Origin: Sphingorhabdus sp.
GTDB lineage: Bacteria; Pseudomonadota; Alphaproteobacteria; Sphingomonadales; Sphingomonadaceae
Direction: 5' to 3'
DNA: 64,000 bases
Assembly: GCF_023910635.1 (NCBI RefSeq)
Contig: NZ_JAAVVZ010000008.1
Location: 45,431-109,430 of the forward strand
A program made the position numbers and the translations under genes. This document shows positions 27,955 through 38,785 of this stretch, in pieces. The notes under the pieces were generated by a model that had not been told where the DNA came from, made no database searches, and was given only the letters and a program-made list of their open reading frames with translations. Position 1 is the stretch's first letter. Each line of letters begins with the position of its first letter.

Positions 27955-28043
27955 GATGGGGGATGGTCAGGGTGACGATGGGGGATGTTCAGGGTGACGA
28001 TGGGGGATGTTCAGGGTAACGAACGGATTGCGTTCAGGTTGAC
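27944..28043. repeat. 22-bp tandem array growing out of the family-2 MITE end
   Basis: The unit (T/G)TCAGGGTGAC-GATGGGGGATG occurs 3 times, followed by degenerate units (TTCAGGGTAACGAACGGATTGC, GTTCAGGTTGAC). The first unit is the MITE terminus itself. Confidence 0.7.
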
Positions 28044-28071
28044 GCTCGTGGGAAGAGACTGCCCCACCCCA

Positions 28072-30084
<2,013 letters not shown>

Positions 30085-30147
30085 TCACCCGCGCAAGCAC
30101 GAGCACAAAGCTTTGAAAATCGCCTGTGGATATTTCGTTTCCGGCCC

Positions 30148-30819
30148 TTAACGAACCCGTGGTCCACCGAACGGCATGGGCGGAGGGGGGCGGCGCACAC
30201 CGCGTGGAAGCTGCGCCTGATAGGCACGGCCGCAATGTTCGACGCAATAAGGAAAGCCCGGGTTTACCGGCACACCGCAGAAATGGAAATCCGCCTCACC
30301 CGGGTGGCCAAGTGGCCAGCGGCAAATACGCTCGTTCAAATCGAGCAAGGACGTTTTGTCCGCCATTTCGCGGCTTGGCTTTGCGGGCACAAGGCGGCGT
30401 GGCGGGGCAGGTGGGATGGGCGCTTGTTGATCGCCGGGACCCTGACGCATAAAGCCGCCGGGTCCAATTGATACGATACGCGGCATCGCCGACGCGCGCG
30501 GTGCGGGCGCTTCGACGGTATCATCATCTGCGCGCACGGGGGCAATTGGTTCCGCGGCGGGTGCGGAGGAACGTGGGCGCGCTGGCGCAGCGGCGGCAGG
30601 AGCCTTTGCTGGCGCCGGTGCAGCCTTTTTCGGCGCAGCTTTTTTGTCCGCGTCGTTCGACTTCACCGGGGAAGGGCGTGATTTCAGGCCCAAACGGTGC
30701 GCCTTGCCAATAACGGCATTGCGGCTGACTCCGCCAAGTTCGTCTGCAATCTGGCTTGCGGTCAGGCCTTTGTCCCAAAGCGCCTTTAACTGATCAATCC
30801 GCTGGTCGGTCCACGACAT
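30148..30819 (-). CDS. gcrA: cell-cycle regulator GcrA
   Basis: 223 aa with N-terminal MSWTDQRIDQLKALWDKGLTASQIADELGGVSRNAVIGKAHRLGL, an Ala/Pro-rich linker, and C-terminal CRWPLGHP...FCG...PYCVEH. Confidence 0.9.
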   Translation of the reverse strand: MSWTDQRIDQLKALWDKGLTASQIADELGGVSRNAVIGKAHRLGLKSRPSPVKSNDADKKAAPKKAAPAPAKAPAAAAPARPRSSAPAAEPIAPVRADDDTVEAPAPRASAMPRIVSIGPGGFMRQGPGDQQAPIPPAPPRRLVPAKPSREMADKTSLLDLNERICRWPLGHPGEADFHFCGVPVNPGFPYCVEHCGRAYQAQLPRGVRRPPPPMPFGGPRVR

Positions 30820-30910
30820 AAATGCATTTCCAATAACGAGTTCTATTTGCCACGCGAATGACGCGATTGCGCCTTGCGGTTATCGCTGCAAGCCGATAGT
30901 CGATTGCGCG

Positions 30911-31768
30911 ATGACTATCCACCATAAAAGCAACACTGGCCAAGATAGGGAGACCAACCCCTTTGTGCAACTGCCCGACGGCGAACGCCATATCCGCAAT
31001 GTAAACTGGGTTGGCCTACAAACCTTGTACATGAAAGAGGTTCGACGCTTTTTTAAGGTGCAGATGCAAACGGTGTGGGCACCTGCCATCACGACCCTGC
31101 TCTATTTGATTATCTTCACCGTCGCCTTGGGCTCGGTCAAACCAACCGTGTTGGGCGTGTCATTCGCCGACTTCATCGCGCCTGGTCTCATTATCATGGG
31201 CATGATGCAGAACGCTTTTGCAAACTCGAGCTTCTCGCTGTTGGTGGGCAAGATTCAGGGCACGATTGTCGATTATCTGATGCCGCCCCTTTCCAACGCG
31301 GAGGTTTTGGTCGCGCTCACGGCGGCTGCGGTGACGCGGGCGTTTCTGGTTGGCGCAACGATCTGGCTCGCCATGCTATTCTGGCCCGGCGTCCATGTCA
31401 CGCCGGTGCATTTCTGGGCGGTTTTGTGGTTCGGGCTGATGGGGTCCATGATGCTCGCGCTCATCGGGGTCATGACATCAATCTGGGCGGAAAAGTTTGA
31501 TCACGCCGCTGCGGTCAGCAACTTCATTGTTGCGCCAGCCGCTCTGCTGTCTGGCACTTTTTATTCGGTTGATAAATTGTCACCTACTTTTCAGGCGATT
31601 AGTCACGCCAACCCGTTTTTCTACGCGATTTCGGGCTTCCGCTATGGCTTTATAGGCAGCGCGGATAGCCCGGTGATGTTTGGCGCGTTGCTGTTATTGG
31701 GCCTCAATTCTGTGCTGGGGCTTATCTGCTATCTCTTGCTGCGCTCTGGATGGAAATTACGCGCATAA
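30911..31768 (+). CDS. ABC-2 type transporter permease (YadH-like), no adjacent ATPase
   Basis: 285 aa with 6 TM segments and the N-terminal KEVRRFFKVQMQTVWAPAITTLLYLIIF block typical of ABC-2 permeases. Confidence 0.78.
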   Translation: MTIHHKSNTGQDRETNPFVQLPDGERHIRNVNWVGLQTLYMKEVRRFFKVQMQTVWAPAITTLLYLIIFTVALGSVKPTVLGVSFADFIAPGLIIMGMMQNAFANSSFSLLVGKIQGTIVDYLMPPLSNAEVLVALTAAAVTRAFLVGATIWLAMLFWPGVHVTPVHFWAVLWFGLMGSMMLALIGVMTSIWAEKFDHAAAVSNFIVAPAALLSGTFYSVDKLSPTFQAISHANPFFYAISGFRYGFIGSADSPVMFGALLLLGLNSVLGLICYLLLRSGWKLRA

Positions 31769-31776
31769 TCTGCGCT

Positions 31777-31808
31777 GCGAAGGTGGATTTAAGTCGCCCT
31801 GACCCTTA
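31777..31808. repeat. solo half of family-1 MITE terminus
   Basis: GCGAAGGTGGATTTAAGTCGCCCTGACCCTTA matches the right terminal repeat of family 1. Its last three bases are the TAA stop of the minus-strand DUF2147 gene. Confidence 0.5.
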
Positions 31809-32225
31809 GCTGGCCGGCGTCCATGTTTGCGCCTGACAAAAGGGCCCGATACATCCTTTGACGACCAGATTGCCTGACTTGCCCTTATAAACAATCGAGC
31901 GATAGGTTTTGCCTGACTTGGGATCGTAAATCTGGCCTTTCCATTCTTTGCCGTCTGATTTGAAACCGGTCAGGATATTCAGGCCCAATATCGTGCGGCT
32001 GCGCAGATTTTTGTCGGGGTTGTTAAGGTCCTTAACACCTGGGCCAGCGGGCGGGGTGACTAGAAATTTTACCAGCTTGCCGCATAATGCCGCGCCACAT
32101 TCGTACACTTCGACCACGCCGTCCTTGCTTTGCGTGACCCAGCGCCCGGAAATTGGCGCGGCGGCTTGCGCCGGAATGGCCGTGCATATTGCGGCTGCGA
32201 TCATCCATTTTTTAGCTTTGTGCAT
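31806..32225 (-). CDS. DUF2147 domain protein (secreted)
   Basis: Start at ATG 32225 (MHKAKKWMIAAAICTAIPAQA signal). Contains GRWVTQSKDGVVEVYECGAALCGKL...GQIYDPKSGKTY, the DUF2147 pattern. Confidence 0.8.
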   Translation of the reverse strand: MHKAKKWMIAAAICTAIPAQAAAPISGRWVTQSKDGVVEVYECGAALCGKLVKFLVTPPAGPGVKDLNNPDKNLRSRTILGLNILTGFKSDGKEWKGQIYDPKSGKTYRSIVYKGKSGNLVVKGCIGPFCQAQTWTPAS

Positions 32226-32319
32226 ATTTGGTCCTTTGCGTTGAAAAACAACATAAACGGGGAAAAAGCAAGCCGCAATGCTTTTGCCTTTTACCTGTGC
32301 CATGCTAATACCCTAAGGC

Positions 32320-32952
32320 ATGAGTGAAATAATCCTGTTCGATTACTGGCGTTCGTCCGCAAGCTATCGTGTGCGCATCGTGCTGAACCTCAAAAATGTG
32401 CCGTATACGCCTGTGCCAATCAGCCTGCTGGACAATGCCCAAAGGGCGCCCGACTATGTGGCGCGCAATCCACAGGGCCTTGTCCCGATGCTGTCGATAC
32501 ACGGGCATGACCTGACGCAAAGCCTGGCGATTATTGACTATCTGGATGCACAATATCCCGATCCCGCGATGGTCTCTTCAAACCCGGCAGCTCGGGCAAA
32601 AACATTGGCGCAGGCGCTGATTATCGCTGCTGACATACATCCCATCGATAATCTGCGCGTCCTGCGATATTTGAAGGACCAGATGGGCCAGTCGCAAGAG
32701 GCGGTGGACCAATATTACCGGCACTGGATAATCGAAGGCTTTACGGCGTTGGAGGCAATGGCGCCCGAAGATGGCTTGTTCGGCGGCGACCTGCCGAATT
32801 TGGCTGATGTCTGCCTTGTCCCGCAAATAGCGAATGCCCGCCGCGTGGATACGCCGCTGCATGCCTTTCCCAAGCTATTGCGGATAGATGCCGCGCTGAG
32901 CGCACTGCCGGCTTTTGCCGCGGCGCATCCTGACCAAGTGAAGCCCGACTGA
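32320..32952 (+). CDS. maiA: maleylacetoacetate isomerase (GST zeta)
   Basis: 210 aa with LFDYWRSSASYRVRIVLNLK, NPQGLVPML and SLAIIDYLD, the zeta-class GST signature. Confidence 0.88.
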   Translation: MSEIILFDYWRSSASYRVRIVLNLKNVPYTPVPISLLDNAQRAPDYVARNPQGLVPMLSIHGHDLTQSLAIIDYLDAQYPDPAMVSSNPAARAKTLAQALIIAADIHPIDNLRVLRYLKDQMGQSQEAVDQYYRHWIIEGFTALEAMAPEDGLFGGDLPNLADVCLVPQIANARRVDTPLHAFPKLLRIDAALSALPAFAAAHPDQVKPD

Positions 32953-33398
32953 TGCCAACAAAAAAACTGACGCTCCGTGCGTTTCTTCCCTATCAATTAT
33001 CTATCACATCGAACGCGGTCAGTAACCTGATCGCGCGCGCCTATCGTGGTAAATTTGCGCTCAAGGTGCCGGAATGGCGCGTCATGGCGCTGTTGGGTGA
33101 AAGCGATGTGGCGACGCAGCGGCAATTGGTTACGGCAACCGCGATGGACAAGGTCACCGTTAACCGCGCATGCAAGGCGTTGGAGGAGCGCAGCCTGATC
33201 AGCCGTGTGCCGAACATGTCGGATGGTCGTTCACATCATCTTGCGCTCACCCCAGCCGGACGCGATTTGTATGAACAAATTGTGCCAGAGGCGTTGACGT
33301 TAGAGGCCGAGCTTGAGAAGATATTAGGCAGCGGCGAGGCGGCGTTGCTGGAGACGATGTTGGCGCAATTGCGCGCGCGAGTCGATGAGCTCGGCTAG
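32952..33398 (+). CDS. MarR family transcriptional regulator
   Basis: 148 aa with the core VPEWRVMALLGESDVATQRQLVTATAMDKVTVNRACKALEERSLISRV. Abuts the maiA stop. Its own stop TAG lies in the palindrome at 33395. Confidence 0.8.
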   Translation: MPTKKLTLRAFLPYQLSITSNAVSNLIARAYRGKFALKVPEWRVMALLGESDVATQRQLVTATAMDKVTVNRACKALEERSLISRVPNMSDGRSHHLALTPAGRDLYEQIVPEALTLEAELEKILGSGEAALLETMLAQLRARVDELG

Positions 33399-33413
33399 GG
33401 TCAGGACCCTAAG
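33395..33413. repeat. minimal family-1 palindrome (CTAGGGTCAGGACCCTAAG)
   Basis: Perfect TAGGGTC-AG-GACCCTA palindrome between convergent genes. Related short sites are at 20851, 50319 and 58457. Confidence 0.6.
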
Positions 33414-33425
33414 TTCGCAGCTATT

Positions 33426-34427
33426 TCAATCGGTCGATATCGCGGGACGTCCGACCTTCGCACTGGCGGTCGCGGGCATCTTATTCTCCAGCACGTCCAA
33501 CCAGATCCGCGCATTCTCGCCTATGAAAACCTGCGGCCGCGATGGCCTCAATTCCAACGCGTCTTCCCATTGTGTAATGAGCCAGTTGGCTTCGGCAATA
33601 GCGGCGTCAAATTTCTGCGGCTTGCGCAAGGCGTTGTTCATCAATGCATCGCCAAAAAACGTCCAGTCATTACCCGGTGCGCAGCCAAATGAAGGGCGTT
33701 GCGACGATGCCGCAGTCACGATAACGGTCTGATCATTGGTCAGCAGCGGAATAAAAATTCCGGAATAGCAAGCGGATAGCATGACCATGCGGCGTTTGAC
33801 GCCGATACCATCGAGCAAGTCGGCCAGCCGTTGCGGCGCTATCATGCCCGCGGCATTTTCCCTGTCACGATAGGCAAGGCCCGACACAGGGTGGCCATGG
33901 CTGGTGGCGAACAGGATGAGGACATCCTCCTTCCTGTCCATCTTGTCGGCAATGGCAGCCAAGGCAGTGGCGAGGTTTGAAGGCGACCCTTGCGGTGCGC
34001 CTGTGGCTTTATCATCTGCGCCAGCGGTCAAATACAATGTGCGACCAGCCGCCCCATAACGCCGCGCCAATACTTCGGCGGCTTCAGCCGACTCGCGCGC
34101 AAAGACCGCGTCGGAATCGAGGCCAATGGACAGCACATAGGCGTCAACGACACCCGGCCTTTGCGGTTGCAATGCGGAGATAGCGCGCGCCATCCTCTGA
34201 TGCTGCGCCAAATACCAGGTTGCTGACCGGTTCTGTTCCGCAAACCACCCGTTTTTTGCGGCTTCGACGGTGTTGAAATTCTGTTGCTGGCTAAAGGCAG
34301 AGCCGGTGACGAGCAGCGAAAGCGCCATCGCCCCTGCCTGAACCAACCGCAATTTGGCGTGTTTATATGCCACGTTGCTATGTCTAAACGCAGAGTTGCG
34401 GTTGCCGCAACTGCAATATCGTTGCAT
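33426..34427 (-). CDS. C13-family (legumain/caspase-fold) cysteine peptidase, secreted
   Basis: Candidate catalytic dyad contexts LILFATSHGHP (His) and RMVMLSACYSGIF (Cys). Signal-like segment LVQAGAMALSLLVTGSAFS. The start is uncertain (ATG 34427, GTG 34373 or ATG 34328). Confidence 0.62.
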   Translation of the reverse strand: MQRYCSCGNRNSAFRHSNVAYKHAKLRLVQAGAMALSLLVTGSAFSQQQNFNTVEAAKNGWFAEQNRSATWYLAQHQRMARAISALQPQRPGVVDAYVLSIGLDSDAVFARESAEAAEVLARRYGAAGRTLYLTAGADDKATGAPQGSPSNLATALAAIADKMDRKEDVLILFATSHGHPVSGLAYRDRENAAGMIAPQRLADLLDGIGVKRRMVMLSACYSGIFIPLLTNDQTVIVTAASSQRPSFGCAPGNDWTFFGDALMNNALRKPQKFDAAIAEANWLITQWEDALELRPSRPQVFIGENARIWLDVLENKMPATASAKVGRPAISTD

Positions 34428-34452
34428 GAAGGACAAAAGCCGGAGAAAGATA

Positions 34453-35460
34453 ATGAAACTTGCATCATTGAAGTCGGGCCGTGACGGACATCTGGTTGTC
34501 GTTTCGGACAATCTTGCTTGGTATGCCGACGCCGCGCACATCGTCCCGACATTGCAGGCCGCACTTGACGATTGGGAAGAGTTCGCGCCTCGATTGCAAG
34601 CGCTTGCGACCGATCTTGAACATGCCGTCATTCCGCGCGAACGTTTTCACGAACATGACGCCGCCGCACCTTTGCCGCGCGCTTATCAATGGGCGGACGG
34701 TTCGGCTTATGTCAATCATGTCGAATTGGTCCGCAAGGCGCGGGGCGCTGTCCTGCCCGACAGCTTCTGGCATGACCCGTTAATGTATCAGGGCGGTTCC
34801 GATGCATTCATGGGTGCCCGCGACGACATTCCCTTAGCCGACGAGGCGTGGGGATGTGATCTTGAGGCGGAGATTGTTGTCGTAACTGGCGATGTCCCGC
34901 AAGGAACATCGGCGCAGGACGCCTTGTCTTATATCCGGCTAGTTGGCCTTGTGAACGATGTATCGTTACGCAACCTCATCCCCGCCGAGTTGGAAAAGGG
35001 CTTTGGCTTTGTCCAATCGAAACCCGCCAGCACTTTATCGCCCGTGTTCGTCACGCCGGACAGCCTTGGGGACCATTGGCAGGGTGGAAAGCTGCACCGC
35101 ACATTGCATGTTGACCTTAACGGCGCGCCATTTGGCCGCGCGGTGGCTTCGGACGATTGTACTTTTGATTTCGGAACCTTGATCGCGCATCTCGCCAAGA
35201 CGCGCAATATCGGGGCAGGGTCGATTATCGGTTCGGGCACAGTGTCCAACCGTGACGCCGATGGCGGCCCCGGCAAGCCCGTCGCCGCTGGCGGCCTTGG
35301 CTATAGCTGTTTGGCCGAAGTCCGCATGGTCGAGAAAATCCAGACGGGCGACATGGTGACCCCATTCCTGAAGGATGGCGATGTTGTGCGGATTGAAGTG
35401 CTCGACAATGCCGGACACAGTATCTTTGGCGCTATCGAGCAGACCGTCCGTAAAAGTTGA
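34453..35460 (+). CDS. fumarylacetoacetate hydrolase (FAH) family protein
   Basis: 335 aa from ATG 34453 (GGAGAAAGA upstream). Has the FAH fold block CDLEAEIVVVTGD...LVGLVNDVSLRNL...GFGFVQSKP...GSIIGSGTVSN. Confidence 0.85.
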   Translation: MKLASLKSGRDGHLVVVSDNLAWYADAAHIVPTLQAALDDWEEFAPRLQALATDLEHAVIPRERFHEHDAAAPLPRAYQWADGSAYVNHVELVRKARGAVLPDSFWHDPLMYQGGSDAFMGARDDIPLADEAWGCDLEAEIVVVTGDVPQGTSAQDALSYIRLVGLVNDVSLRNLIPAELEKGFGFVQSKPASTLSPVFVTPDSLGDHWQGGKLHRTLHVDLNGAPFGRAVASDDCTFDFGTLIAHLAKTRNIGAGSIIGSGTVSNRDADGGPGKPVAAGGLGYSCLAEVRMVEKIQTGDMVTPFLKDGDVVRIEVLDNAGHSIFGAIEQTVRKS

Positions 35461-35496
35461 AGGGGCGGCCCAAAGGCCACCCCTTCGTCATCTGCC

Positions 35497-36495
35497 TCAT
35501 TGTTGTTTCGAGAAGGCGTCGCTGATCGAGCAGGCAGCAGGCCCAAGGATAACGATAAACAATGTCGGCAGAATGAAGAGGATAAGAGGGACGGTCATAA
35601 TAGCTGGTAAACGCGCGGCTTTTTCCTCGGCGCGCATCATGCGTTCATTCCGGAATTCTGCGGATAACACCCGCAACGCCGAAGCCAGTGGGGTCCCGTA
35701 TTTCTCGGTCTGGATCATGGTTGTGACCACGCCCCGGATCGAATCAAGATTGACGCGATACGCCAAGTTTTCAAACGCCGCCCGGCGCTCCGTTAAAAAC
35801 CCAAGCTCAATAGCGGTGAGGGCAAATTCGTCACCCAATTCGGGATAGCCGCGGCCTAATTCCTTTGCCACGCGGTTAAACGCGGCGTCCACGGTCAAGC
35901 CAGCCTCGGCGCAGATCACCAACAAGTCGAGCGCATCGGGCAGGCCCTTACGAATGGCGAGGGTCCGTTTCGTTACCAAGTTGGTGAGGTAGATATCTGC
36001 TGCCTTATAACTCAGGATAGCGGCGGCAGAAAACGCACTGAATTTTTTGAATGCGCCCCAATCAGGAACGCCGTCCAAGACGTACATGTAAATGCCTGCG
36101 CCGCCGCCAATAATGATTGGAAGCATCATGCGGCAAAAGATCACCGTCACGGCTAATTCCTTACGGCGAATACCCGCCTGCGCCAGCCGTTGCTGCACCG
36201 CCTTAACCTGATCGTCCTGAAGCACTTGCAGGTTGGACAGAAGCTGCCGCATCTTGTCCGTCGTTTCGGTCTTGCGGATAAGCTTCGCCCGCTTTTTGGA
36301 CGTGGTTGCGGTAATCCCGGCCTTTAACTGCTCCCGCCGTTCATTCAGCGCCTTGACGCGTTTTACCATAGGGTCGCGCACGGTGACCGCAGAGTAAATC
36401 GCGATCATCACCGCCATGCAAGCCACTGCGGAAAGCAAGGTGGCGACCCACAATATGTCGATGCCCATCAGTTGAGGTCCAGCCGGATTGGTCAT
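35497..36495 (-). CDS. tadC: Flp pilus assembly platform protein TadC
   Basis: 332 aa with a T2SS-F domain (LPDALDLLVICAEAGLTVDAAF...FRNERMMRAEEKAARLP). Last gene of the cpa/tad string. Confidence 0.85.
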   Translation of the reverse strand: MTNPAGPQLMGIDILWVATLLSAVACMAVMIAIYSAVTVRDPMVKRVKALNERREQLKAGITATTSKKRAKLIRKTETTDKMRQLLSNLQVLQDDQVKAVQQRLAQAGIRRKELAVTVIFCRMMLPIIIGGGAGIYMYVLDGVPDWGAFKKFSAFSAAAILSYKAADIYLTNLVTKRTLAIRKGLPDALDLLVICAEAGLTVDAAFNRVAKELGRGYPELGDEFALTAIELGFLTERRAAFENLAYRVNLDSIRGVVTTMIQTEKYGTPLASALRVLSAEFRNERMMRAEEKAARLPAIMTVPLILFILPTLFIVILGPAACSISDAFSKQQ

Positions 36496-36516
36496 GTTTC
36501 TTGTCCTGTTCCCAAC

Positions 36517-37479
36517 TTAGATTTCGAAATTGACCATCTTGGCCATGATGAAGGCACCAATGGACATCCATAATGCGCCGCCAAGGCCGGCGATCATCAG
36601 GCGCGGTTCAGAGAAAAAGCCAGCCAGATATTCCCGGTTCACCACCCAGACCATGCCGAAAACAAAGAATGGCAGCGATCCGACAATATAGGCTGACGCT
36701 TTGGATTCTGACGACATCGCCCGTATTTTCAGCTTCATCTGCGCACGTTTGCGCAAAACTTCGGCAAGGTTGGCCAAGGTTTCCGCAAGATTACCACCGG
36801 TTTCACGCTGAATGGCAAGGGTGATGACGAAAAACTGGAATTCCGCTGTCCCCAAACGGTCGGCGGTTTCCTGAAGCGAATCTTCCATGCTTTTGCCGAT
36901 TTTGATTTTTTCCGTGACCATTTTGAATTCTTCGCCGACTGGTCCGGGTACTTCGCGTGCCACAACGCCAATCGTCTCGCCAACCGGAAGACCTGATTTC
37001 AACCCACGCACCAGCAATTCGATGGCGTCTGGAAAGTTTGTGGTGAAATTTTTGATCCGCCGCGCAATGAAGGAGTTGACCGCCATGTGCGGTAGACCCG
37101 CACCGATCAGCAGGCCCGCAAACAGCGCCAAAAGCAAAGGTGCACCGCGCAGCCAGAACACAGCCATCACCAGAAAAGCAAGGCTGCCCGACGCATATAG
37201 ATATTGCTGCAACGTCCATTTTTTGCCGGTTTGCGCAAGCCGCAGGCGCAATTTGTCCAAGCGGCTGATTTGCTGGCCATCCAGAAATATCATCGGACGG
37301 CGCGCGGCTACAGCTTTACGCATTTGTAGTTCAACGCGGGTATCGGCACTGTCGGAATGCCGCATCTTAACCGCGCTCAACCGCCGCATTGTCGACTTGC
37401 TCGCATTTGGTCCCATAAACCCAATAGCCAGCAAAACGAAAATCAGGATTATTCCTGTGCCGATGATCAATGTCTGCAT
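36517..37479 (-). CDS. tadB: Flp pilus assembly platform protein TadB
   Basis: 320 aa with a T2SS-F domain (FPDAIELLVRGLKSGLPVGETI...AIQRETGGNLAETLANLAEVLR). Confidence 0.85.
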   Translation of the reverse strand: MQTLIIGTGIILIFVLLAIGFMGPNASKSTMRRLSAVKMRHSDSADTRVELQMRKAVAARRPMIFLDGQQISRLDKLRLRLAQTGKKWTLQQYLYASGSLAFLVMAVFWLRGAPLLLALFAGLLIGAGLPHMAVNSFIARRIKNFTTNFPDAIELLVRGLKSGLPVGETIGVVAREVPGPVGEEFKMVTEKIKIGKSMEDSLQETADRLGTAEFQFFVITLAIQRETGGNLAETLANLAEVLRKRAQMKLKIRAMSSESKASAYIVGSLPFFVFGMVWVVNREYLAGFFSEPRLMIAGLGGALWMSIGAFIMAKMVNFEI

Positions 37480-37519
37480 GTTGTTTGCTCTATCATTATG
37501 CCCTTGGGCGGCTGCCGGC

Positions 37520-38785
37520 TTATTTCTTTTTCAACATGTTTTTGAAACCGGCAAAAGCCGACTTTTTTGCTTTGACTTTGGTCGCAGCGGCATCGGCCTC
37601 AGCGGTTTCCGCGCTGCTTCCGGCAATCATTTCAGCCAGCGCCGATATGCCTAATGACAACTTACTGCTGCGCACGGCCTCGACCACCGGTTTGCCAAGC
37701 TTTGCGGCTTGCGCCATGGCCTTCGGATCGGCAGGCAGCATGAGATCAATCTTGCGTTCAATCGTACTTTCGAAATCCTTGCGCGTGATTTCAACGACCG
37801 CGTTTTGCACGTTATTGGCTACGACCAGCACTTTGCAGTGGGGTGCATTCTGTTTCAGCCACGCCAGCACGCGGATGCTGTCCCGCGCGGACGCGAGCGT
37901 CAATTGGGTCGTGACGACGGCGATGTTCACGTCATGCATCAAATGCGGATAGGCAATCAACATGCTGCGTGGCAGGTCTATAACTGTGTTTTCGAACGCC
38001 CCTCGGAATTCTTCCTGTAACTGGAATAATGCCGATCCATCGGTTAGGACGGGGTTGTTCATTGGCGCTTCGGCGGACAATATCGAAAGCCGGTCATTGG
38101 CCTTAATCATTGCGCGTTCGATGAACAGGGCGTCGATCCGGCTTGGGTTGTCAATGGCATCGGTCAGGCCGCGGCCCGGCTCCAGATCCATCGCCAATGC
38201 CGCAGTGCCGAAATGGATGTCCAGATCAAGCAAACCCGTTTGGTGGCCCTGATCTTGCGAAAATGTCCATGCCAGCGATGCCGCAATCGTCGATGCGCCG
38301 GAACCACCACGGGTGCCGATCACAGCTGTCGAAATATGCGCACGGTCCGCGTTGTTTTCTTCGTGCTTCGGCGCGTTGAGCATGGCTTGCGCATTGGCAA
38401 ATGAATCCCGCAGCGCATCGGGGCTCAATGGCTTCAGCAAATAATCTTGCAGGCCGGACATTAAAAGGTCGCGGTACAAACCCACATCGTTGACCTCGCC
38501 CATTGCAATGACAATGGTTCCGGGCTCACACACTTCGGCAAGGCTGTTGATGTCGCCAATCGGATCACCCGATTCCGACAGGTCAACCAGCAAGGTTTGC
38601 GGGCTGGCCGAAACCGAAAGCGATTGGATTGCGTTACGCAAACCGCCTTTATATGCCTTATCCTGGGTCCAACCATTTTCGTCGCATACGCCGCGCACGA
38701 CGTCGAGTGTGACGTCGTCGCAGACATAAGCATGAATGGGGTCACGTGTTCCGGCCACACCGGATTTCCAAGGAGCGTTCATCAA
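37520..38785 (-). CDS. cpaE: CpaE/TadZ pilus localisation ATPase-like protein
   Basis: 421 aa with a receiver-like N-domain and a MinD/ParA-like domain carrying a deviant P-loop (VIGTRGGSGASTIAASLA). Confidence 0.83.
   Translation of the reverse strand: MMNAPWKSGVAGTRDPIHAYVCDDVTLDVVRGVCDENGWTQDKAYKGGLRNAIQSLSVSASPQTLLVDLSESGDPIGDINSLAEVCEPGTIVIAMGEVNDVGLYRDLLMSGLQDYLLKPLSPDALRDSFANAQAMLNAPKHEENNADRAHISTAVIGTRGGSGASTIAASLAWTFSQDQGHQTGLLDLDIHFGTAALAMDLEPGRGLTDAIDNPSRIDALFIERAMIKANDRLSILSAEAPMNNPVLTDGSALFQLQEEFRGAFENTVIDLPRSMLIAYPHLMHDVNIAVVTTQLTLASARDSIRVLAWLKQNAPHCKVLVVANNVQNAVVEITRKDFESTIERKIDLMLPADPKAMAQAAKLGKPVVEAVRSSKLSLGISALAEMIAGSSAETAEADAAATKVKAKKSAFAGFKNMLKKK

Noticed and set aside
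27944-28043. Tandem 22-bp array (and the 19-bp array at 50158-50233) considered as CRISPR
   Set aside because: The units are directly adjacent with no unique spacers, unit length is below CRISPR repeat-plus-spacer periodicity, and no cas genes are present. They are terminal reiterations of REP/MITE ends.
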